From Naegleria gruberi (lineage: Eukaryota): a stretch of DNA of 64,000 bases. The stretch lies in assembly GCA_000004985.1 (NCBI GenBank), contig GG738862.1, one strand, 5' to 3'. A program made the translations under genes and the position numbers. Below are positions 12,401 through 22,444 of this stretch, in pieces (the first letter of the stretch is position 1; the number at the start of each line of letters is the position of its first letter). The notes beneath the pieces are model-generated. The model did no database searches. It was not told where the DNA came from and saw only the letters and a list, made by a program, of their open reading frames with translations.

Positions 12401-12848
12401 AATTCCACCAAAACAAAATGTAAATACTAAGAGTGAATCCAATGTAAAGAAACAAATGGAATTGGAATCAGAAAGCGAAGAAGAACATGCTGTTGTAAGG
12501 GTTGTGAGCAAAGTCTCGAAGGTTAAAATTGAAAGTAGTGATGATAGCGATGAAGAGTTAAGTAGAGGTGGAAACCTTTCGAACCAAGCTTTGGGAAATA
12601 AGTTCAAGAGCTTGAACAATATGTGGGATGGAATGAATAATAAGAAACGACCAAGTAAGCTTGACAATATTAATAGAAACAATGACAGTAGCATTGATTT
12701 GCCAGGTTCTGATGACTTTGACATTTCAGCATTTAAGCAAAATCTTACTCCAAACTCAAGACCAGGAACTGCCTACTCGAGTGACATTTCTGGATTCATA
12801 AAGACTCTAAAGCATGATGACGATGATCTTGATACTGAAGAGTTGTAA
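9486..12848 (+). CDS. Large Dzip-like N-terminal-domain protein. It has a Y/P-rich N-terminus, coiled coil, a P/E/K-rich repeat region, three SPRRR.SNAE repeats and an acidic tail. It is probably one gene with a ~39-nt intron (10085..10123) that removes the single in-frame TAA.
   Basis: FYFKPRRETLNWRVLLSLNLEKIMDKVDIDTLESITKNLTFARVDF resembles the Dzip-like N domain (Pfam Dzip-like_N, PF13815). ORFs 9486..10088 and 10215..12848 share a frame. The only stop between them (10086-10088) lies inside a GTAAGT donor. Confidence 0.5.
11706..11795 (+). repeat. 3 x 30-bp coding tandem repeat (ESPRRRKSNA / ESPRRRISNA / ESPRRKFSNA).
   Basis: Direct reading: gaatctccaagacgaagaaagagcaatgct / gaatcaccgagaagaagaataagtaatgct / gaatcgcccagacgaaagtttagcaatgca. 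Confidence 0.7.
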
Positions 12849-12869
12849 TAAAATTAAAAATTAAAAAAA

Positions 12870-13127
12870 ATGTCTTGGAATGATGTGATAGCAACCTCAT
12901 CAACTCTTCTTTCAAAGTATTTGGAATTATTTGAAAAGGCTCGGAATTATATAGGAACATTAGAATTTGATAAACTTATTAATAATGAATTTTTATGGCC
13001 CAACCAATTTGAGACTAATTTATTAATTGTTGAAGTTATTGTAATTATAATGCTAATAGTAATGATTGTTATTGCATGGAGATACTATCAGCAATATATT
13101 CAACAATTAGTAATGGATGATAATTAA
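12870..13127 (+). CDS. Candidate small tail-anchored membrane protein (85 aa; C-terminal TM VEVIVIIMLIVMIVIAW).
   Basis: ATG start 22 bp after the stop of the upstream gene, in an A-rich context. It ends 11 bp before the stop of the convergent gene. No homology recognised. Confidence 0.3.
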   Translation: MSWNDVIATSSTLLSKYLELFEKARNYIGTLEFDKLINNEFLWPNQFETNLLIVEVIVIIMLIVMIVIAWRYYQQYIQQLVMDDN

Positions 13128-13137
13128 ATTTTTTGAT

Positions 13138-14181
13138 TTATTTAACCAAGTATAATCCTTCCAAGGCTGTACTTCCATCCTCATCAAATACCAAACGTGG
13201 TAGAATCACTTTATCTATTTTTCCAGATTGTAAATCCAAGTGATTTTGTAAATGTATTTTTTGATCAATTTTGCTTACTTCCAATTCTTGAGGAAGCTGA
13301 AAATCAAAATGCATTGGCTTGGCAACAAGTTTCATCGATAGAAAATGTTTAAAGAACTCCACTCTTTCTAAATTTGAGTTACACCAAAATTTTAACTTTT
13401 TTTCTGCAAGATAGGTCTCCATTTGTGGTTCATCATTCATTTGAAAGTTTTCAATCATTTTGGGAATGTACATGTATAGTATTTCATTCACTCTTGTTTC
13501 TGCTGTTGAGGATATTGACTTGACATAGTTAAAGACATTACTTTTGCTTGCTTCATTCATCATTGCAGAAAATTTCCTTTCTATAGCTCCAAAAATATCA
13601 ATGTGAAGATCTACAAGTGTATCCAGATCCAGATCCGTGTTATCTTCCAACCAAGCTGCAAGAGTTTGGCTTTTGTACCTCTCAAAGTATTTGATTACTT
13701 CTTGAGGAAGTGGAATTGGAGATGTCAAAAGTGCATCTCGTTCTCTCCTTTTCTTCAATGCCCTTTCCATTTGATTGGCATGTTCAGCAACCAGCTCATG
13801 AGCTTGATTGATTTTCCTCTTCAGCTCATTAATTGCCTGCAACTCCTGATCAACCTCTTCCTCCACTATTGGCTCTTCATTATGCTGCTCACCAGATTCA
13901 TCATGTTGTGGAAAAGTAGTATCATGATTGACAACCTCCACAGATTCAAGATTACTTTCCAAACTCTCGGCAACTTTAACTTGCTTTTCCGGTTGATCTC
14001 CTTCACCATCATCACAAGAATGAGTTACTTCATCCATACATGAGTCTTCGCTGGCTGTGGTTGGTTTCTCTTCATCATCATGATGGTTTAAAGTAACCTG
14101 TTCAATCATTTCTTGTGGGTTATTTTCAGACATTTTTTTAGTTGTTGTCTGTTTTGGACATGCCATCTTTCCATATCGCAC
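13138..14181 (-). CDS. Hypothetical protein (347 aa) with an acidic N-terminal half and a coiled-coil centre.
   Basis: Long ORF. The plus-strand ORF 13603..14043 is its antisense shadow. No family recognised. Confidence 0.5.
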   Translation of the reverse strand: MRYGKMACPKQTTTKKMSENNPQEMIEQVTLNHHDDEEKPTTASEDSCMDEVTHSCDDGEGDQPEKQVKVAESLESNLESVEVVNHDTTFPQHDESGEQHNEEPIVEEEVDQELQAINELKRKINQAHELVAEHANQMERALKKRRERDALLTSPIPLPQEVIKYFERYKSQTLAAWLEDNTDLDLDTLVDLHIDIFGAIERKFSAMMNEASKSNVFNYVKSISSTAETRVNEILYMYIPKMIENFQMNDEPQMETYLAEKKLKFWCNSNLERVEFFKHFLSMKLVAKPMHFDFQLPQELEVSKIDQKIHLQNHLDLQSGKIDKVILPRLVFDEDGSTALEGLYLVK

Positions 14182-14247
14182 GGTTGAATTCTAATGCTAA
14201 TAACCTTTCTCAATTCCAACACATCAATCCCAACACAAAAACAAAAA

Positions 14248-15979
14248 ATGTCTTCATCTAATACACCAACACATGTTGCTGCCATTGATTTTGGTACCAG
14301 CAACACCGCAGTTGCCTACGCAAAAACACCAACAACTTCAAACTCTCATTTTGACATTGTACTATTCCAGTTAGATAAGAACAAGCCCAAAACCAAAACT
14401 ATTGTTGCTTTAGATGTAATGAAACCTAAAGGACAACAATGTGTTGCCTTTGGTGATCAAGTTAAGAAGAAATTCGAGGATGAAGAATCCTTCCATTCAG
14501 ATGTATTAGTGTTCGAACATTTTAAAATGCTTCTTCATAACAACTCAAGTGGAAATGAGAGAGATGATGTATGCATTGCTCATAACGGTAAAACAAAACC
14601 ACTCACTCAAGTGATTGGAGAAACATTGAAATATCTAGTAGATCGGACTGTGGAAGAAATTTCCAGTAAAAGCATCAAAACAGTACAAAAGAAAGATATT
14701 ATGTGGGTTTTAACTGTACCAGCAATCTGGACATGGAAAGCTAAGAGTATAATGAGGAATGCCATGAGAGAATATGGCCAAATAGAAGAAAAATTTATCA
14801 TTGAAGCACTTGAACCTGAATGTGCTTCAATTACTTTGTGGCAAGAAAATCCTGAAATTGCCAATCAAAGTAAAACTGCAATGATTGTGGATATTGGGGG
14901 AGGAACAGTTGACATTAGTGTACATAAATTGAATACAAAAGAAAAAAGATTAGAGAGTAAATTAGAAGCAAGAGGAGGAGCTTGGGGTGGACGAAACATT
15001 GACCGATCTCTATTCGAATTTATGCAAGAAGTTTTGAAGTTTGATTTTACTTCATATAAATTTAAAGAAAATGGTGACTATTTCGATTTAACAGCAAATA
15101 TAGAAGACTTGAAAGTTTGTTTTGCTAAAGACTTTGATCCAAGAGACTACAAAGACAAGAATGGTAATCTTTCACTCAATCATGACCAAATCAAATATTC
15201 TATTGTAAAAAGAATTGAAGAATACAAGGAAAGAACCAAAACCAAACAAGTTGATTCTCTTCAGAGAAAGTATGGAATCAAAATTTCATTTCAAATACTT
15301 TTCAGCTTTTATATGAAAATTTTACAAAATATTACTTCTACTATCAATGAAATCATAACACAATTATCAAAGAATAATATAGCAATTGACTATATTTATC
15401 TAGCTGGAGGTATGGCAGAGGCAAAAGTAGTTGTCGATGAAATTAAGAATTCTAGTAAGAATAAGCAAGTAGCAGTTGTTACAAATCCTCAGACTGCAAT
15501 TGTAAGAGGTGCTGTCTATTATGGACTCAATCAAAATATTATCAAAACAAGAGTTTCTACATTTACTTACGGGTTATCTGTGAATGCACCATTCAATCCT
15601 GCTATTCATGATACATCGAGAAAAATTATTAATTTTAATAAGGAAGTTATGTGCAAAGATTGCTTTTTAGAAATAGTTAAAATAGGTGAGGAAATTGACA
15701 CGAATCAAATCAAATCATTAAGTGCTCCTCCAACAACAGTTGATCAAACTGTAATTAATTTTAATATTTTACAAACAAAGAAAAGTAATCCTAAATATGC
15801 AGATGAAAAAGATGTTGAAATATTAGCCTCAATTAGTATTGATATTTCGGATTGTTTGCATTTACCAATTGAAAAGAGGACTGTCACTGTTAACTTTATG
15901 TTTGGAGCTACAATTATTTATGTGAATGCAATTAATGAAGCTACTGGAAAACAAGAGAATGTCTATATTTCATTTGATT
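14248..15979 (+). CDS. Atypical Hsp70-family ATPase (HSPA12-like nucleotide-binding domain). It probably continues past the GTAAGT donor at 15980 into the next feature.
   Basis: AAIDFGTSNTAVAYA (phosphate-1), IVDIGGGTVDISVH (phosphate-2) and LAGGMAE (adenosine motif). The second ATG (14248, aaaaaATG) is the preferred start. Confidence 0.7.
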
Positions 15980-16026
15980 GTAAGTTAATCTCTTTCTTAG
16001 AATTTAATAGAAGAAATCTTCACTAG

Positions 16027-17455
16027 ACACTTCCAATAATAATAACACTTCAAAGAGATCTTTAGAAGAGGAATGTACTTCCTCTAAAAAGACCAAATCT
16101 AATCCCACATCAACTGATCCCTTAACTTCCATACTTCAGAAAAAAGAAGGAAACAGTCTCTTTAGTGATATTCTGCAAAGAAATTCAAAGAGTCAGCACG
16201 TTGCTCCAATATTAGTGAAAGACAATGAAAGTGAAAAATTTGAAGATGAAGTTAAAACGTATGATACTGTTTATAATGGTATTATTAGAGATTATAAACC
16301 AAAGGATTTCTTTAGGGCCCTCTTTAGAATTAAGGATATTCCACAAAAATACCTATCAAGTTATTCTGAATTAGCAAAATATTTGACTGAACCTTTCACA
16401 AATGTGGAAGACAAAGCAAAAGTTATCTATGCATGGATCACCCATAATATTGCCTATGATGTTTATTCAGCAAGAACCAATTCATATCACAATGATCCAA
16501 TCAAAACATTTAAAGAAAGAAAGGGTGTATGTGGAGGATATGCTGCCTTATTTCAAGCAATGATGTTTCAATGTGATGTTCCTTCAACAGTTAAAATTAA
16601 TGGTAGATCTAAATCAGTAGATGGAAATGTAGGATCTCATGCATGGAGTGCTGTTCAATTAGAAAATGGTCAATACTTTCTATTAGATTGTACTTGGGGA
16701 GCTGGATTTACTTCATCAGGTATATTCGAAAGACATTTTAATCCAAACTACTTCTTTGTCAATCCAAAAACTCTAATATCTACTCACTTACCTGACAATG
16801 ATAAATGGCAATTTTTAGAAAAAACAGTAACTCCAGATGAGTATTATGAACTACCTGTAATTACTCAACATGGTATTAATAATGGATTGACTATTATTTC
16901 AAACAAGAAAAAGAGTATTCTTTTACAAGATACAAACAGAGGAATTTTGGTTCTTCAAGCCAATCCAAACTTGAATTGGGATGCTGATTTAAAAGATTTG
17001 AGTGGAAATTCAATTGCAGACAAAACTTTTGTCTGTATGAATCCAGTACTGCCAATATTCATTACATTATTCCACAAGCTGATAAGGCCTACCGTCTATA
17101 TCTGTATTTGGATAAGATGTGCGTCACATCATATGAGATTAAAACAAGGAAGGTAACGATTAATGATGTCTTTGTTACTAAATATAAGGGAATGGAAGAT
17201 GCACGAGTTGGAATTCTCCATCCATTACAAAAGAGATTAGATTCTGATAAGGAATGGACATTTGTGTTAAAAAATCCTCAAGGAAGAGATTTATATTTTA
17301 GTTATGATGGGCAGTACATTCCACTTGTAAAAGTGGGAGAATTTCAAGTAATGAAAACAAGAATTCCACCAAATGCCAAACAAATCAGTATTTGTTTTAT
17401 GGAAGGAGAATATTGGGTAACCATCTGTCGTTATGATGTTCAATTAGTAATATAG
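16027..17455 (+). CDS. Transglutaminase-like cysteine-protease-fold domain protein (KY/transglutaminase-like superfamily), join(16027..17034,17079..17455). It has no start codon of its own and is probably the downstream exons of the Hsp70-like gene.
   Basis: Cys-His-Asp signature GVCGGYAALF ... HAWSAV ... LLDCTWG. The frame is open from 16011 with no ATG for ~110 codons. A 44-nt intron (17035..17078, GTATGA...ACAAG) joins ORFs 16215..17156 and 17108..17455. Confidence 0.6.
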
Positions 17456-17518
17456 CTCAACAAAATTTGATAATCAAGTAATTGTTATTAGGTAATTAAT
17501 CATTTTGCTCCATGTTGT

Positions 17519-19003
17519 TTACTTCATTCCATATCTTTTGGAAATGAACTCAAGCATTGCTGTGGATGTTGGTCTGGCAAGATGGTCAAAAACGAGTAGC
17601 TTTTTGATGATTGTGGTCATGAAATGATTTGAATAACCTCTAAATGTGTTATTCAAATATTGATTGAGCAGCTCATGAGATGGTATATAACCCAAACAAA
17701 TAAAGCCATTTGTAACACAAACATCTGTTGCATCTGTAAAGGTTGCAAGAGGGTCAATATCCCATATTTGACACATTATGTTGAAAAATGTAACTCCCAA
17801 GCTCCATATATCTAGTTTAGTAGATTTGTGATTCTTTTTCAATGTTTCTGGAGGTAAATAGAGCTTTGTACCAAATAAACTTGAAATACTTCCACTGGCA
17901 GAGTCATCTACCAATTCAAAATCTGACAAACAAACATAGACATCTGGTTTGTAATAGCTTACCAGAATATTTGCCTCTTTGATATCGTTATGAGATAGCT
18001 CAATATCATGTATGGATTTTAAGCCTTTCAAGTTTTGTACCACAATTTGTCCCAATAGAGCATCACGTTGATTGGAATCAGATTTGAGAATGGGAATGAA
18101 ACCAAGTAATGACATTTGTAGAAGTGGGCTAATCATTTCCACCTTGTAATGATCTTCAATATATCTATAGTCATACTTTTCAATACGAAGAACGTGAGAT
18201 GGTTGTGGAATGGTTTGCAGTTTTTTCTTTTTTGAATTCCAGATAATTGTAGAACATTCAATAATAATACTTACAATTTTGTACTCAAGATCCTCAATTG
18301 TTGGGAGTTGTCTATATTGTTTCAAAGCCTTTCTTTCCTTAAAGAACTTGTGCTCTATTTCATATACGATCCCATTTGTACCACTTCCAATGAATTTGAT
18401 TACCTTGTAGAATTGCTTAATTTCATCTGGAAGGTCAATAAATAGTTCTGTTTCTTTGATTGGTTTAATGGGTTGCTCCTCAATCTTCAAGTTGGAAGAG
18501 TAAAATTCAAATATAATTGAATCACCAATCTCAGTAAGTTGTTCTTCATTAAAATCAAGAGTTCCAATATTATCAAAGGTACGGTATTGAAAATGACCAA
18601 AAACACTATACATCTCTAAAAATACCTTTGATGCTGAATTCTCATCCAGTTTACGATGAATCTTGATACAATCTAATAGAGTTTCAAAATAATCTTCAAG
18701 AAAGAGAATGTGTGCACTGTGATGTTTAAGTTGCCTTACTCTTTCCTCATTACATAAATTAGCTAGTACATGAATTATTGAATTCAGTTTTTTCTCAATA
18801 GAAACTCTGTTTTGTTCCAATGTTGTCTTGTGATTAAGCAATGTGTAAAGACCGAAACGATTAACCTTGGTCTGTCCAATTATGAACCATAGAGAGAGCT
18901 TTTTATCAGCAATGATTTGATCTCTGGTTTTAAGTAATGAACTGTATGATCGATACAACATGTTGAATTGCTCTAGTGAATAGGTAATAACATATTCAAT
19001 CAA
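17519..19003 (-). CDS. Divergent protein kinase with a C-terminal kinase domain (possibly low-activity or pseudokinase: HND for HRD, DFE for DFG).
   Basis: IGSGTNGIVYEI (Gly-loop), ALK (beta3 Lys), SHNDIKEANILV (catalytic loop), SDFELV (DFG-like), LPPE, DIWSLGVTF. Confidence 0.7.
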   Translation of the reverse strand: MIEYVITYSLEQFNMLYRSYSSLLKTRDQIIADKKLSLWFIIGQTKVNRFGLYTLLNHKTTLEQNRVSIEKKLNSIIHVLANLCNEERVRQLKHHSAHILFLEDYFETLLDCIKIHRKLDENSASKVFLEMYSVFGHFQYRTFDNIGTLDFNEEQLTEIGDSIIFEFYSSNLKIEEQPIKPIKETELFIDLPDEIKQFYKVIKFIGSGTNGIVYEIEHKFFKERKALKQYRQLPTIEDLEYKIVSIIIECSTIIWNSKKKKLQTIPQPSHVLRIEKYDYRYIEDHYKVEMISPLLQMSLLGFIPILKSDSNQRDALLGQIVVQNLKGLKSIHDIELSHNDIKEANILVSYYKPDVYVCLSDFELVDDSASGSISSLFGTKLYLPPETLKKNHKSTKLDIWSLGVTFFNIMCQIWDIDPLATFTDATDVCVTNGFICLGYIPSHELLNQYLNNTFRGYSNHFMTTIIKKLLVFDHLARPTSTAMLEFISKRYGMK

Positions 19004-19072
19004 GTCTATTCCTAAATTGATTGGAAATTGTTTTTGTAAAGCAAATCAAAAAGCATAAATATTTAAAAAAAA

Positions 19073-20683
19073 ATGATCAAATCAATTATTGGGAAGAGTT
19101 TTCAACTTTCTAAAAGAAATAACACTTTTAATAATACATTAATCAACAATCAACTTTCAAAGCCTTCATTATTGCCACAATTTATTGAATTAATCAATAA
19201 TCATCGTTCCTTCTCTCTGACTTTATCTTTACATGATGAAGAAAAGGCTTCTCCGATATTATTAAATAATAATCAAACAAATAATTCAACAAGTACAAAT
19301 AATAATAGTGGAAAAAGTAATTCCGAAGAAAAATCAAGTAAATCCAATAAATCCTCTGATGGAGGTGGAGGTGGCGGTGATGGAAAGAAGAAATCATCTA
19401 AAACATTTAGTGTATATATGAAGAAATGGTTAACTTATGGAGTATTAACGACTATTGCAATTACTAGTGTAAATTATCAAGATATTGTAGCAGAAAAGAA
19501 GAGTATTGAATGGATTAAAGATGGTTCTAGGAATACTGACAATAATGAGAATCATAGATCCCCTTCATTAAATCATCACCATTTGTGGATTTCTCGAGAG
19601 GAAGAAGTAAAGAATTTGGAAAGTTTAATTAGTACTAATCATGATAGAGAAATTGCACCTTCATATATATTGGTAGTTGGAAGAAAGGGAGATGGAAAGT
19701 CAAATATTTCAAAGGAACTTTCTAAAAAGATTGGAAAGTCCTGTATTCACATTCAATTCCAAAGAGATATGAAAGAAATTCAAATTGTGGAAGAAATTGC
19801 AAAAGCAGTGAGGTATTATCCATTCATGAATAGAAATGATCTACCTCTTCACAAGTATATTGTAAGAAGTTTTTTGGAAATTGTTAGACCTTCAAAACCA
19901 ACATTTTCTGAAATGACTCATGTATTGAAATCAATAACTTCAAAGATGAAAGATGAAGAATTAGTTCCATATTTTATATTTGATGGAGTGGATACTCTTG
20001 TTAAAAAGAATAATGAAAGTGTAGAATTTAATCTCTTACCTGATTTGATTGAGCTTTGTAAAGAAGGATCGACTAATAATTGGTTTGGAAGTGTTTTATT
20101 CACAAATGAGGAAGGAATGAAGCATGTACAATCTTCATCTGGTCGTTATGCTATTAGTAACATTTATTATTTGCCTGGAATCAAGAAATTGGATGCCATT
20201 TCATACCTCTCTCAATCAACATCACGTGAAAATGCTGAAATTTTGGTAAATGATATTTGTGGGGATCATCTTAAAACAATACTTGATGTTTCTAAAGAAT
20301 TGAAAATGAATTTATCAAACGAAGAAATTATTCAACACTTTGTGAAATTTGTAAAACAAAATTTAAGAGGTCTAGAGCTAGGTCAAATACCCAATAATAA
20401 GGAAGCATTTGCCGTTTGGAATCTTTTATATTACATGTCAAAGAATGGAGGAGAATGTACCATCAGTGAAGCCTCAATATGTATTGGATATGAAAACAAA
20501 CCATTACAAGTCATCATTGAGAATCTTATTTCAAGAGATTTGATTCGTACCAAGGCTGATGGACAACTTTCGTTTTATAATAATGCCGTTGGTTATTTAG
20601 TGAATAGATCTAGGTCAAGAAATGTTGATCTATTCCACAAGTTCGACAAAGTGCAACCAAAAGAAAGAATTTTAGATTTTTAA
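19073..20683 (+). CDS. P-loop NTPase of unknown family with an N-terminal presequence-like region and one TM segment (possibly a Yme2/RNA12-like mitochondrial membrane ATPase; this is speculative).
   Basis: Walker A VVGRKGDGKSN, Walker B YFIFDGVD, TM WLTYGVLTTIAITSV. Confidence 0.55.
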   Translation: MIKSIIGKSFQLSKRNNTFNNTLINNQLSKPSLLPQFIELINNHRSFSLTLSLHDEEKASPILLNNNQTNNSTSTNNNSGKSNSEEKSSKSNKSSDGGGGGGDGKKKSSKTFSVYMKKWLTYGVLTTIAITSVNYQDIVAEKKSIEWIKDGSRNTDNNENHRSPSLNHHHLWISREEEVKNLESLISTNHDREIAPSYILVVGRKGDGKSNISKELSKKIGKSCIHIQFQRDMKEIQIVEEIAKAVRYYPFMNRNDLPLHKYIVRSFLEIVRPSKPTFSEMTHVLKSITSKMKDEELVPYFIFDGVDTLVKKNNESVEFNLLPDLIELCKEGSTNNWFGSVLFTNEEGMKHVQSSSGRYAISNIYYLPGIKKLDAISYLSQSTSRENAEILVNDICGDHLKTILDVSKELKMNLSNEEIIQHFVKFVKQNLRGLELGQIPNNKEAFAVWNLLYYMSKNGGECTISEASICIGYENKPLQVIIENLISRDLIRTKADGQLSFYNNAVGYLVNRSRSRNVDLFHKFDKVQPKERILDF

Positions 20684-20716
20684 ATAAATTATAATTTTGT
20701 ATTTTTTTTAATTTTT

Positions 20717-22444
20717 TTATAAAAGACCTTTGAAAATGTCATTGGCACCATCATCAGTCGGTAAACTAAACATAATGTTAGGATCAACTGAGTACAATTT
20801 GGTGATGACATAATTAATCATTTGTCTCTTCTTTTGCTCGTCTGTGTTTGTTTGAATATAATCAAAAACACTTGTTGTAACTTGTTTAAAGTCATCAAAA
20901 CTGGAAATCTTAACCTTTTGTGGGCTTGATTGAGGTGTTGTTGTTGTGGTAACTGTATTAATTTCTGCAGCTTCTTCTTCCTTTCTCTTTCTTTTGGAAG
21001 CTTGTTTCTTAGTCTTGTTCTTAGATGGTTTTCTGGCTAAAACCTTGAAGGAAGCAGATTCCTTAATGAGGATTGGGTTATCCAAATCAGATTCAATAAA
21101 GTAGGAAACTCTGAAAGCAAATTTACAATTACCATGATGATAACTACAATCTGTGAACTTAATCTTCATACTTGTTGAAGCAATATTTTCGTTAGCATTT
21201 CCCTTTGAAACGTTGGATTCTACAACACCTCCCAGAATAGTCTTACCGTTCTTTAAAACTTCATTCTTATTATCTGGGTGAATGATTTGTACACGACAGA
21301 AGAGTTGGAGATCATTATCAGATTCGTTCAAAAATTTAAGACACTTAATTTCATGTCTCATCTCATATTTGATAGAGCTATACAATTCACTTTCTACAAT
21401 AGAATCATTTCTTGGACCAGAATCTCTTGTTTCTAAATAAATATTAACTTGAACATTTGAAGAATCAAGAAAATCTCTATTAACATGACAATTTGACCAT
21501 TCACGATTCTCTTCACATTCTGAAGTATTATCACCTTCCTTTTTACAATCCATTGGTTTAGAATCACTATCATCTTCAATTTCTTCATCTTCAGTATTAT
21601 TTGCATTGGTATTTTGTACATTTTGACTTGTTGTAGTGGCAGTATTAGTTTGAACATTACTAACAGTATTATTGTTAGAATTTGTAGATGATTGTGTGAT
21701 GACTGTAGCAGGATTGTTAAGTGAGAGTTGTTGAGCTGTGGTGGTAGTTGTAGAGCTAGCAGTTGGAAGGGAATGTTGGAGATGTGAATGATTTAACAAT
21801 TGTTGTTGTTGCTGTAAGAGTACAGCAGCAGCAGCGCTTTGATCGTACAAAGCAGCTAATGGAGTATGGCTTGAGAAATGAATTGGGTGAATTGGATGAC
21901 TCAAAGGATGATATAAATATGGAGAATATTGACTTGGATAGTAATGATATGGATGATGACCAGCAGCTGCTGATAATAAAGCAGCATTATTTACAATAGA
22001 ATTACCACTTGTACTTGTTGTAGTATTATTAGATTCTACATTATTTGTTTGACCAGAGGCTAACATTTGAAGAGTGGCTTGATGATGAGTATGATCAACA
22101 GCATTATTCAACTCTTCCAAAAGTAATTGTGTAGTGGACATTTGAGTTGTAGCATTAGGATGAACAAAAGATGCCAAGTGGTGATGACTATTTGCAGATA
22201 ATGGTGTTGTTGGATCAACAGTATTTGGGTGCATATGAGAAGCTCCCATCATTAAACTAGCATGTTGTAAATTTTCGGTGCCTAACATTTGCATCAACTC
22301 ATGATAATTAATTCTCTTATCGTGAACAGATTCTACAACTGGTGTAGTAGAAGATCCATTGTTAGTATTCGTAGTATTATTATTATTATTATTGGATGAA
22401 TTAGTAATATTAGATGCTGATAACGAACGACGAGGTTGTTGCAT
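20717..22444 (-). CDS. N/Q/T-rich nuclear-type protein (575 aa) with a C-terminal beta-rich domain (possibly an Ig-fold DNA-binding transcription-factor domain).
   Basis: Long ORF with poly-N (NNNNNNTTNTNN) and poly-Q tracts, a KRKRKEEE NLS-like stretch, and a conserved-looking block RVQIIHPDNKNEV...CKFAFRVSYFIES. Family not resolved. Confidence 0.5.
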   Translation of the reverse strand: MQQPRRSLSASNITNSSNNNNNNTTNTNNGSSTTPVVESVHDKRINYHELMQMLGTENLQHASLMMGASHMHPNTVDPTTPLSANSHHHLASFVHPNATTQMSTTQLLLEELNNAVDHTHHQATLQMLASGQTNNVESNNTTTSTSGNSIVNNAALLSAAAGHHPYHYYPSQYSPYLYHPLSHPIHPIHFSSHTPLAALYDQSAAAAVLLQQQQQLLNHSHLQHSLPTASSTTTTTAQQLSLNNPATVITQSSTNSNNNTVSNVQTNTATTTSQNVQNTNANNTEDEEIEDDSDSKPMDCKKEGDNTSECEENREWSNCHVNRDFLDSSNVQVNIYLETRDSGPRNDSIVESELYSSIKYEMRHEIKCLKFLNESDNDLQLFCRVQIIHPDNKNEVLKNGKTILGGVVESNVSKGNANENIASTSMKIKFTDCSYHHGNCKFAFRVSYFIESDLDNPILIKESASFKVLARKPSKNKTKKQASKRKRKEEEAAEINTVTTTTTPQSSPQKVKISSFDDFKQVTTSVFDYIQTNTDEQKKRQMINYVITKLYSVDPNIMFSLPTDDGANDIFKGLL

